The position numbers and the translations under genes are program-made. Below, one piece after another: positions 43,841-52,431 of a stretch of 64,000 bases of DNA. Under the pieces are notes generated by a model. That model was not told the DNA's origin. It was given only the letters and a program-made list of their open reading frames with translations, and did no database searches. Location of the stretch: contig JAQOWU010000008.1 of the NCBI GenBank assembly GCA_030867685.1, positions 3,100,001 to 3,164,000 on the forward strand, in the 5' to 3' direction. The DNA is from Wickerhamiella versatilis. Lineage: Eukaryota. How positions within the stretch are numbered: position 1 is the stretch's first letter; the number at the start of each line of letters is the position of its first letter.

Positions 43841-43849
43841 ATGAGTCAC
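43841..43849. promoter_or_regulatory. Gcn4 site (ATGAGTCAC) upstream of CPA2
   Basis: TGACTCA core about 55 bp upstream of the CPA2 ATG; CPA2 is a known Gcn4 target in S. cerevisiae. Confidence 0.6.
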
Positions 43850-44274
43850 CCCTCTTAAGCCGCTGGCTGGGATCCGGAATTGCTTAGATCGGGCTTATCT
43901 CGATCTGCGTATACACTAATATCTACTTTCTGAATTTAAATGTTTGTGTGGAAACTGCTATCTGGGCTCTCCACGTTCCGAAAGTAATTGTCATGACTAT
44001 TTTTAACCCCTACCCAATAAGAAATCTCACATCATCAATGATCGTTATAGGCCACAATCTAATGGAGTGACTCGATTCTTTTACGACGAATAACATTTTT
44101 ACTGAGCTTTTTTTGAATTTTACAATATTTTCAAATTAGCATCTCTGACCTAACGTATGACTAGAGTAGCGTTTAGATATTCTTATCGCGAAGTAAAATG
44201 TCACTGTAATTCCTATCCTGTCTACACTAATAGAGATTCATAGAGGCAGAATGACAATGACAGTATTTCAGTAT

Positions 44275-47200
44275 TTATTGACTTAGCATCATATTTGCGG
44301 CATCAGCCACATTGCCATTAGTGCGTTCCAACGCTTCCCGAGCTGCGTCGGGATCAAATCCCATGAGTGTTAGCTCCTGAATTGGGGCACTTTGTTCCGG
44401 CTGCGTTGGCTGAGTGGACTGAAATAATTGTTGCCACTCATCAGGTCCGGCACTGCCAGTTTCCGTACTTGGGGGGTACGCACTCGGACTTTGGCCTGAG
44501 GGCAAGCCAGCAGTCTCTACATTTTCCTCTTCATCAGGCTTGGTATCCACAAGATCATCAAACCCCTCGTCAAAATCATCCACACCAGAATTAGGCCTAT
44601 TAGTCTGTAATCCGGAAGTACCGTACTGCTGAGGAATAGCGCTTACAGGAGGTTCGTCATCGGAAGAAGATATATCGCCTTGGCCTTGAGGACCTTCGAC
44701 GCCTTCCTTGGCATCAACAAATTCAAAGCTGTCATTTTCCTCTCCTTGGGCACTCGGCTCCCGTGTTTCCTGCTCTGTTTCTGTTTCATCGAGATCTCCA
44801 CGGACACTTTGTGGAGCATTATTAGCTACAGAGCTTGAAGCACTCAGGGGACGGCCCATTGGCAAGTTCCAAGGTGCGGTAGCCAGACCACCACCAAATT
44901 CAGAGCCTGGAGGCGACGTGCGAGGTGTTTCATTGTAAGATGTTGCTGCTGCCACAGAGCCATCCACAGATACTGCCGAATTGGCAGGTTCCGCATTAGA
45001 ACCAAGTTCTTTCGAATCCGGCGCGGCACTCTCTGAAGACGCATTGCTGGCCAGAGTAGATCCTACTGCCGCTGCTGCCGCTGCCGCTGCTGCCGCTGGA
45101 GCAGCATTCGATGAGACCGGCGGATTCACACTCTTCTGCTGCGTTGGCATTTCGTATTGGGATTGTAGCCGAGAACTGTCATGTGCTTTCTTTGCATCTT
45201 CCAGCTGTTTCTCAGATTGTGCTGCGGCCACTGCTGCTTCATGTTCGCGAGACTGTGCCTCTTCGAGTTGACGCGCACGGGAATCCGCCAATCGATTTGC
45301 CTCAGCTGCTTCGGCTGCAAGTTGCTCCCTACGACGCCGATATTCCTCAGTCCTCGCAGTAACATTCTTGAACCCTTCCTCTGCCTGAGATGCGCGTGAC
45401 TTAGCTGCTTCAATATCGAGCAGGAACTGCTGTATAGCTGATTCGTGCCCTGCTATACTGTTACGATGTTGTTCAACTTGAGCCTGGTGTTCCTGTGAAG
45501 CCTTCGTGAAACCATCTACTGTTCGGGAATGTTCATTTCGCTGTGACTCAAGTGCTTCCTTCCTCGTAATCAATTCAGCTAGTGTGTTTTTGTCTTGTTC
45601 GTGCTGTTTTTGAAGGGCATCCAAAGCTGTCGAACGAAGCTTAGCGTCCTTTTCAAGCTGGGCAATCTCATCACGGGTCTGACGAAGTTGCTGCTGTGTA
45701 CGATGTACTGAAGAAGCCTCTTGGTCATATTGAGTCCGCAGTGACTCAAGCTGCTTTTCAAGTGTTGCACGATCACCCCGTACCTTATCCAGTTGTGACC
45801 CAAGCACAGCCTTCTCTTTGTGACTCTGTTGCAGCTGCTCTTGAGCAGCACGTAAACTTTCCTGGTGTCCAGTGTTTTGTGGTGCTGCCCCTGTTGAGGT
45901 TGGCGATTGGACAGCGGCTGCGGCTGGTGCTGGTGCTGGTGCTGATACCGGTGATGCAACTGGTGCTTCCTGTGCCCCCGTCGCTCGTGGTGACTGCACA
46001 CTTGGATGAGAACCCGGGGCACCCATGAGCGATTGACCAAACTGGGAAGAGGGTACGAAAGCTTTTTCCTTTGGTTGAGCAGGTAACTCTTGCTTTGTAG
46101 GTTCTTCCCTTGCAGGCTCTAAGGGTTTAAAGAACGCATCACCAAGGCTAACAAGGTCGTTTAAGGAACTTGTGCTCTGCTGGCTAAGGGCAGGCTTAGC
46201 TGCATGTGCACTGCCCTGAGTTGGAGCCTGAACTGAAGCCTGACTTCTCGCGGTCTCCTCACGTGGGGGTGGTGGGCCCGGTGATTGTACCTGAGTACTG
46301 CCCTGACGCGATACTGGAGCTTGAGGTGGGACAGTTGCTGAGGCCGACTCCAGCAGATGTGAAGGCAGGCTTGCTGGGAGCGGTTGGCCATTGAGTGTCA
46401 TCTTCATAAGAAACATTGCTATAGAAAAATCTTTATGATCAAGCTGACCACGACCCTGAGTATCTGCCAAGTCCCAGATGCGAGCGAGCACATCCTCACT
46501 GAGCTTAGATTGCGTGAACAACGGGACGGCTTCCTGGGCAGCAAGAATGCCGTCATGATTAGAATCGAGGCTGTCAAAAATGCCATCAAACCTTCGCTTC
46601 TCGTCAGGGTTGATTATCCAGTCATTTTGAGGGTGGGAAGCCGAGGCTGGAGGTGTCGCAGAGGACTTGGGTGCACCTTTCTCAAGCCATGGTATCCAGA
46701 CGCTAGGTAAAGATGCCGGAATTTGCGGTAGGGTGCGACTAATAGTGCATTGAATAAGATGCATTGCGAGAACAAACTCGTTGCAGGTGAGTCTACCCCT
46801 TTCCTTGACATCAACTAGATTCCAAATCTTTCCTAAAGTTTCTGCAGGCAGGCGCGCCTTCATGAATATGTCCTTGGCAGGCACTCCATCAATTAGGCCA
46901 TCACTTGATTTCGCACGATCAAATAAAGGCTCAAATCGTTGTTTATCTGCTTTTGTCAACATCGGAATGCCTCCAGTAGCTTGAGATTGCAAAGACACAC
47001 CGGTAGTATTCTGATCTAAGGAAGCCTGTGGAGTACCCGCTTGGGCCGACGGACTTCCCAGCTGGGAACTGCGATCCAACGCTGGTAGACCGGCTGGGAT
47101 ATTCGCTAGTCGGGGACTAAGTTGCTGGCCATGCTGAACATGGTATAACATACGCAGGCTCCGCACAAATCCCGCTTGATCCAAAAATCCTCTGTTGTCG

Positions 47201-47373
47201 GGATCAGCAACCTGCCATATTTGACCTAGTTGTGCTGCAGGAAGACCACTTCGCTCCATCAGTGGCCGCATTTTATCACCAAGAACAATCATACTACCAT
47301 CCTCCTCATACTTTTGGAATAGTGGACCGAACACACGCTGCTCTTCAGGCGTTAGTGCGATCCCATCAGACAT
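44275..47373 (-). CDS. EDE1: EH-domain endocytic scaffold (Eps15-like)
   Basis: Three EH domains (LGQIWQVAD, LGKIWNLVD, LARIWDLAD), a coiled coil and a C-terminal UBA (ELTLMGFD..AREALERTNGNVADAANM). Confidence 0.93.
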   Translation of the reverse strand: MSDGIALTPEEQRVFGPLFQKYEEDGSMIVLGDKMRPLMERSGLPAAQLGQIWQVADPDNRGFLDQAGFVRSLRMLYHVQHGQQLSPRLANIPAGLPALDRSSQLGSPSAQAGTPQASLDQNTTGVSLQSQATGGIPMLTKADKQRFEPLFDRAKSSDGLIDGVPAKDIFMKARLPAETLGKIWNLVDVKERGRLTCNEFVLAMHLIQCTISRTLPQIPASLPSVWIPWLEKGAPKSSATPPASASHPQNDWIINPDEKRRFDGIFDSLDSNHDGILAAQEAVPLFTQSKLSEDVLARIWDLADTQGRGQLDHKDFSIAMFLMKMTLNGQPLPASLPSHLLESASATVPPQAPVSRQGSTQVQSPGPPPPREETARSQASVQAPTQGSAHAAKPALSQQSTSSLNDLVSLGDAFFKPLEPAREEPTKQELPAQPKEKAFVPSSQFGQSLMGAPGSHPSVQSPRATGAQEAPVASPVSAPAPAPAAAAVQSPTSTGAAPQNTGHQESLRAAQEQLQQSHKEKAVLGSQLDKVRGDRATLEKQLESLRTQYDQEASSVHRTQQQLRQTRDEIAQLEKDAKLRSTALDALQKQHEQDKNTLAELITRKEALESQRNEHSRTVDGFTKASQEHQAQVEQHRNSIAGHESAIQQFLLDIEAAKSRASQAEEGFKNVTARTEEYRRRREQLAAEAAEANRLADSRARQLEEAQSREHEAAVAAAQSEKQLEDAKKAHDSSRLQSQYEMPTQQKSVNPPVSSNAAPAAAAAAAAAAVGSTLASNASSESAAPDSKELGSNAEPANSAVSVDGSVAAATSYNETPRTSPPGSEFGGGLATAPWNLPMGRPLSASSSVANNAPQSVRGDLDETETEQETREPSAQGEENDSFEFVDAKEGVEGPQGQGDISSSDDEPPVSAIPQQYGTSGLQTNRPNSGVDDFDEGFDDLVDTKPDEEENVETAGLPSGQSPSAYPPSTETGSAGPDEWQQLFQSTQPTQPEQSAPIQELTLMGFDPDAAREALERTNGNVADAANMMLSQ

Positions 47374-47782
47374 GCCGACGCGTTGATTATGTAATGTATT
47401 TATAGCGACTCAGATGTTTAACGCTATAAGTGATGATTTCGGGGCATTAATCACATATAATTCTAGATTAACTTCATTCTATGATATAACTGGTGAATCC
47501 TCCCCCATAAATCACATATTGACCTCCATAAATCACTGATTTTGTCACAAATCAAAGCCCCGACATGGCTTGACGGCATGCGGGGTATAGGGTTCTATAA
47601 ATCCTAGCGTTTAGCAAGAATCGGTAAACACCCTTAAACATTGAATTGAGATGTAAAAATCGCAAGCACTTTCTAAAAGTATCCACATAAATACTAAAGT
47701 ATACTAGCTTCAGAACCCAGCGCTAGCTAACCTGAGACTCGCTCGGAGGTACATGAAAAAGGATACGACAACTACCAATTTA

Positions 47783-49801
47783 TCAGTCTCCAATATCAGC
47801 ATCATTTGTACTCACAATGCAATTACAGGCATGTATAAATTCATCAACCTTATTCCCATTGCGAGAGCTATCAATACTGACAAACTCCTCAATGTCAATT
47901 AGATTTGTTTCATCAACCTCAGGAAACAAAATGCGTACTTTAGCACCTCCATCATTATTATCGTACCTGGGATTTATTCGGCAAGCACGAACGTCCTGGA
48001 ATGTACCAATTAGCTGTGATTCCGAAAAGGTGCTCCACACATGAAGCGGTTCATTCGCAATAGCAATCAAGCGCAACCTGCGAGCATGGTGGGAATATAA
48101 CCCTCTGACGCAAGATCGCGGTTTGTTGGTTCGTACATCCACAACATCATTAGTTCGCAATGACAGCATTCCAGGTTCCAGATAAGTGCGAGACAATACA
48201 ACCACAAGAGCATCCCATAAGTAGGCTTCTTTCAAATATGTAAGGTCGCGATGTAGGATTGACGACAAATCGTCGGCCCTCAGGTTTCGCTGCATGTCTC
48301 TAAACCCAGATTCGGTGTGTTCATGAGCGACCCGCGCATTAGCGGCAAGCGGACCCAGAGATGACCTTCCTGCCGCCATCATGCTAAATACATGGTCAAT
48401 TCGCCGCATTCGTGCCACAGGAAGACGGATGTATTCAGCCACCTCTGCGTCGATGGGCGCAGGGGATGGTGCAAGCCGCGCAAGGACATTATCGGTTCCA
48501 CCTATCGTCAAAACCTGTCGGTCCGTTCTGCCCGCACATCTCATCAACTCCCCAAGTTCTACATAATCGGCACGGCCATAAAATAGTGCCGTACTTAGTT
48601 CCCGCACTGCCAGCTGCAGAGTGGAGTCATCGTCCACTGATGGTTCTTGATGTTTATACATTGCAGCTGCAGACGCTGCTGCAAACTGGGAAAATGCGCG
48701 TCTATAATATCTCCGATGGGGGTGGGTCAAGTTTGAAAGCTTCTCAATAAGTAATTGGAATGTTCTCGGCAAAGATCCCCTTCGCCGTTTTGTCACAGTG
48801 TTGTCTGCCTTATCAAGCGCCTTGATATAAACATCCTCCTCTATCAGTAAATCCTTGGCAAGCTGAGCAATTTCTCTCCATTTGAGAATCCGACTCGGCA
48901 TTTCCATAAATTGTCCAGGGAATTGATGCTGGCGGCAGATAACACACCCACTCCGATGCGGCCCTTTAGTGATGTGCCATATATCTGATAAAGTCTCTAG
49001 TACTACACGGGACTGAGCAATAGTACTCTTGCTGCTTGGTGTGGCCACGTTTTGAAGTGGCGGTGGAAAGGTCCCCTGTCTCTGTTCTACAATGTTAGGC
49101 TCGAGCACCGTTAATACACCATCTTTATCCGGCCCAGGCGGTATCTGTTGAGTATATATACCACCACAATAGAAGCCACGAAGATATGGAGGAATAGTGT
49201 CCTGGAGCTGCAGGCGCTGGGCTGCTGCTGCTGGCCACTCCGGGCCACGGATCGTCGAAGGGACAGATTTATACACCTCCAAATGTGAAGTTTTAAAATT
49301 GAAGTATGCTTCGCGAAAACTATTATCCTTCGCAAATGCAAGTTCTAGACAAGGATTTCCCTGGATGCTGATTATAGTCAGATTTTTTAATTCAACAAGA
49401 AACCAAGGCCATGTCGCTATGTTGTTGTACTCAACGTACAACTCTTTGAGTTCCTTAAGCTCAAGCAGCCAAGGTTCAATAACAACCAGGCCACACTGAC
49501 CCGCACGCAATCGCTCGAGCCGATTCAAGTGGCAAAGCCATTTTGGCAGCCGACCAGTCCGCCACATCTGCTCTCTTGCCTCTGGCATAGAGGCCAAGTC
49601 AAGTTCCTTAACACTGGATAAATCCAGTCCTTCATCGTTCTCCCTGGGGCGGCGATATTTGCTCTCAGCTTCGGAGTCAGAGTTTGAATCGGGCTCACTG
49701 TCATGCTGATCACTGGAATCATCGCTCTCCACTGGTAAATTTAGACGGAACGCATTGGCTGCCGGAGTCCGGCGGTAAAGTCGTCGTGACAACAACCCCA
49801 T
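47783..49801 (-). CDS. Uncharacterised leucine-rich-repeat protein with a possible degenerate DH(RhoGEF)-PH region
   Basis: About three LRRs ending in IQGNP; KDLLIEEDVYIKAL and YIRLPVARMRRI resemble DH conserved regions. Confidence 0.6.
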   Translation of the reverse strand: MGLLSRRLYRRTPAANAFRLNLPVESDDSSDQHDSEPDSNSDSEAESKYRRPRENDEGLDLSSVKELDLASMPEAREQMWRTGRLPKWLCHLNRLERLRAGQCGLVVIEPWLLELKELKELYVEYNNIATWPWFLVELKNLTIISIQGNPCLELAFAKDNSFREAYFNFKTSHLEVYKSVPSTIRGPEWPAAAAQRLQLQDTIPPYLRGFYCGGIYTQQIPPGPDKDGVLTVLEPNIVEQRQGTFPPPLQNVATPSSKSTIAQSRVVLETLSDIWHITKGPHRSGCVICRQHQFPGQFMEMPSRILKWREIAQLAKDLLIEEDVYIKALDKADNTVTKRRRGSLPRTFQLLIEKLSNLTHPHRRYYRRAFSQFAAASAAAMYKHQEPSVDDDSTLQLAVRELSTALFYGRADYVELGELMRCAGRTDRQVLTIGGTDNVLARLAPSPAPIDAEVAEYIRLPVARMRRIDHVFSMMAAGRSSLGPLAANARVAHEHTESGFRDMQRNLRADDLSSILHRDLTYLKEAYLWDALVVVLSRTYLEPGMLSLRTNDVVDVRTNKPRSCVRGLYSHHARRLRLIAIANEPLHVWSTFSESQLIGTFQDVRACRINPRYDNNDGGAKVRILFPEVDETNLIDIEEFVSIDSSRNGNKVDEFIHACNCIVSTNDADIGD

Positions 49802-49897
49802 AGAAAGTTAAAATTAAGATTGCCGAGCACTACGCTTAATGAGCCCTGGCACCATCATTGACTATATATACTGTTCGCAAATTAGGTTCTTGTCAGA

Positions 49898-50353
49898 TCA
49901 TTGAGTGGGCTGCGGTATCTCTGCCTCTGGCTCAACGTTGGTCAACTCAACTTGTTGTTCCACCTCCGATCCAAGGTTTGACCGCAGGCGGTTGTACCGT
50001 GCCTTACGTCTCCGTTCAACCAAACGGCCGTGATACCATGAGCTCATCACTGTCGCAAACAGGCTACCCGCGATGTTGGCAGCAATATCTCGGTAGTCGA
50101 ACTCTCTGTTGGTGAAAAAGTGCTGCAAGAACTCTGAACCAATGCCCATGATCGCAGTAACCACTAAAAGAGTTCCGTTAACTGCACGTTTCCGCGGGAG
50201 GTCCACTGACCAGTAGCATAGCAAGGCTAGCACAAAAAATGCTAGGCCATGGGCCAGCTTATCGTTCGGAACCTTAATATCAGTGAACCCGAGATACGCC
50301 GTTCCAATACACGCAATAACAAAGGCAGCAACTATGCTGAGACGTACTTTCAT
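49898..50353 (-). CDS. VanZ-like family membrane protein
   Basis: NDKLAHGLAFF, GSEFLQ, REFDYRDIAANIAG. Confidence 0.85.
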   Translation of the reverse strand: MKVRLSIVAAFVIACIGTAYLGFTDIKVPNDKLAHGLAFFVLALLCYWSVDLPRKRAVNGTLLVVTAIMGIGSEFLQHFFTNREFDYRDIAANIAGSLFATVMSSWYHGRLVERRRKARYNRLRSNLGSEVEQQVELTNVEPEAEIPQPTQ

Positions 50354-50598
50354 ACCAACCCACGTAGGCTTGTGGCTTGTGTCAGCGGCTATTGATTACT
50401 CGCGTGCCTGAAAATTTATAAATTTAGGCCTGAACGTACTACTATAGAAAATAAAGTTACAGTATGTATTTCCTAAGAGCAAATGCGTTACTGGGGCCAT
50501 TCTAGTTATTGCCCTATTTTCCCATAGCTATCACAATGGCGCTCCCTCGCCCCTAGCTATGGGAAATGGCACTGGGTAAGGTTTGACCTGCCCTGCAA

Positions 50599-51306
50599 AT
50601 GGGAATCGCGGTATACCCGCGATCCGTCCCGCAGAAATACAGTGATGCGGCAGCTAAACTCTTTGCCAGAGGCCCTGCAATTCTCAGGGATCAGTTTGGG
50701 GAGTCGAGTGACATGAAGCAGGTTCGCAGCGTTCCCGAGTTTCTTTTCCTCGGCAGCACCAATGCAGGTAAAAGTTCCGTCCTTTCATCATTATTGAGCC
50801 CACCGAGGTCAATTTTCCCCCGGTCCTTGCCACGAGTTTCCAAGCGGCAGGGATTCACCCGGACACTTTCTGCATGGACCATTGGTGACCAGCTGCGGCT
50901 GCTAGATTCCCCGGGATATGGTTTTAAGAGTAAGGCCGAGCAAGGGCTTTTGGTCTCACGATATCTTGAGAAATTCTCCCCGAATGTGGTGAAGGCCTAC
51001 ATTCTTGCCCCCGTTCAGAGAGGTATAGCGTCGGGTGATATCTCCGTCATTGATATGCTTTCGAGGTATGGCGTCCCCTTCACATTTGTTTTCACCAAAT
51101 GTGACCTATTGCGGGAAGTGAACCTAGAATCTCTATTCAAACAGAGCTGTGATGCAGCCAGAGAATGTGGTGCTGTGCCTCCTGGTGAGGCATTTGCCGT
51201 GAGTGCCCTAGGGAAGAAACCGTTTGGGATCAGGGAGCTCAGAGGAGATATATATGCCTCTTCGGGCCTCGCTGAGATAAAAAGCATTAGCATGAGATCT
51301 GCATAA
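50599..51306 (+). CDS. EngB/YihA-type GTPase (Mrx8/GTPBP8-like)
   Basis: G1 FLGSTNAGKSS, G2 GFTR, G3 DSPGYG, G4 TKCD, G5 SA. Confidence 0.85.
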   Translation: MGIAVYPRSVPQKYSDAAAKLFARGPAILRDQFGESSDMKQVRSVPEFLFLGSTNAGKSSVLSSLLSPPRSIFPRSLPRVSKRQGFTRTLSAWTIGDQLRLLDSPGYGFKSKAEQGLLVSRYLEKFSPNVVKAYILAPVQRGIASGDISVIDMLSRYGVPFTFVFTKCDLLREVNLESLFKQSCDAARECGAVPPGEAFAVSALGKKPFGIRELRGDIYASSGLAEIKSISMRSA

Positions 51307-51371
51307 GTATACACTGAGTCAAGTGGAAAAGATAAGCTACATATATAGAGAACAGAGCATTAATACATTTT

Positions 51372-51959
51372 TTAAAAACGACGGCCTCTACCACGGGGGC
51401 TACCGAAGCTTCCGTTACCACCTCGGCCGCCACCGAATCCACCACCAAATCCGCCGCCGCGTGAAAACCCACCGCGGCCACCGCCGCCAAATCCTCCTCG
51501 GCCGCCGCCGCCAAATCCACCACGGGGGCCGCCACGGCCGCCTCCACGACCACCACCACCAAATCCACCTCGCTTGGCAACTCCACCAGTGCGTGGCTTC
51601 TTAACCTTTGGCTGCGGAGGCTTTGGTAGAAAGCGCTCGAGGGGAAGCAACTTGTCGGTGCCTATGAAAAATTTGTCTCCCTCCTTAAAGCTCGACGCCT
51701 GAATGCCTTCACCGGCCTTTACAGTGAAAAATACTTCATTAATGGGTCCCAATATCTCGTCTACCTTTCCTACAAGGCTCTTGTTCTCAAGATATATCGG
51801 TGCATTGAAGTACGGAATCTTGGGATTAGTACTTCTTAGGACGAGTTCCCCTTCACAGGGCTGGAGAAAACTTCCCATCTCTACTACCTCTGCAGGAGGT
51901 CCTTGAGAGGCCTGAAAACCACCACGACCTCCCCTAAATGCTCCCCGCCCTCGGAACAT
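51372..51959 (-). CDS. GAR1: H/ACA snoRNP protein Gar1
   Basis: RGG boxes at both ends; [41 protein letters not shown]. Confidence 0.97.
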   Translation of the reverse strand: MFRGRGAFRGGRGGFQASQGPPAEVVEMGSFLQPCEGELVLRSTNPKIPYFNAPIYLENKSLVGKVDEILGPINEVFFTVKAGEGIQASSFKEGDKFFIGTDKLLPLERFLPKPPQPKVKKPRTGGVAKRGGFGGGGRGGGRGGPRGGFGGGGRGGFGGGGRGGFSRGGGFGGGFGGGRGGNGSFGSPRGRGRRF

Positions 51960-52431
51960 TTTTTATGAGCTTTGAAATTTGTTAGGTTAGGGTTGAGGAT
52001 CGTTAGCAGCACTTCAGAGTTGAGAGAACAAAAGTCACGAGAGCAACCTGCCGTGGGGTGGGGAGTTGGACTGTTTTGAAAGGAACACGAGCCATTGAAG
52101 TATCCATTACATATTCCAGACCATTCCTATCCTATCCTATCCTGCTCTATGCTATCCTGTGGGTCTAACTTACCCCCGGACCCACATCTTGAACGGCCAC
52201 GAATGTCCCGATTTCGGGCGTCTTTGCATGGAGAACAATATTTTTTTACTAAAAACTTAGTTTACAAAATATTTTTTACATGAATATTTTCAGAAAACCA
52301 GAAAGCTAACGTCATTACTGGTCAGTCTACTGTTCTGACAAATCAGTGGAGTCATTAACAACCCGTGTAGGTTGGTTTAGTCAAGAAGTCTCGTAGATCC
52401 TCCTCACTTCGGTCCCGAAACTCTCAGAATC

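Noticed and set aside
47430-47539. Possible box C/D snoRNA (GTGATGA ... CTGA)
   Set aside because: No convincing terminal stem and no rRNA-complementary guide that I could recognise; would need snoscan/Infernal.
50567-50598. Upstream in-frame ATG (MALGKV*) separated from the EngB GTPase by one TGA
   Set aside because: Too short to assess, no evidence for readthrough or an intron, and the downstream ORF has all G motifs.
51380-51570. GC-rich repetitive tract
   Set aside because: Explained by the Gar1 RGG/GGF coding repeats; not a CRISPR array or mobile element.
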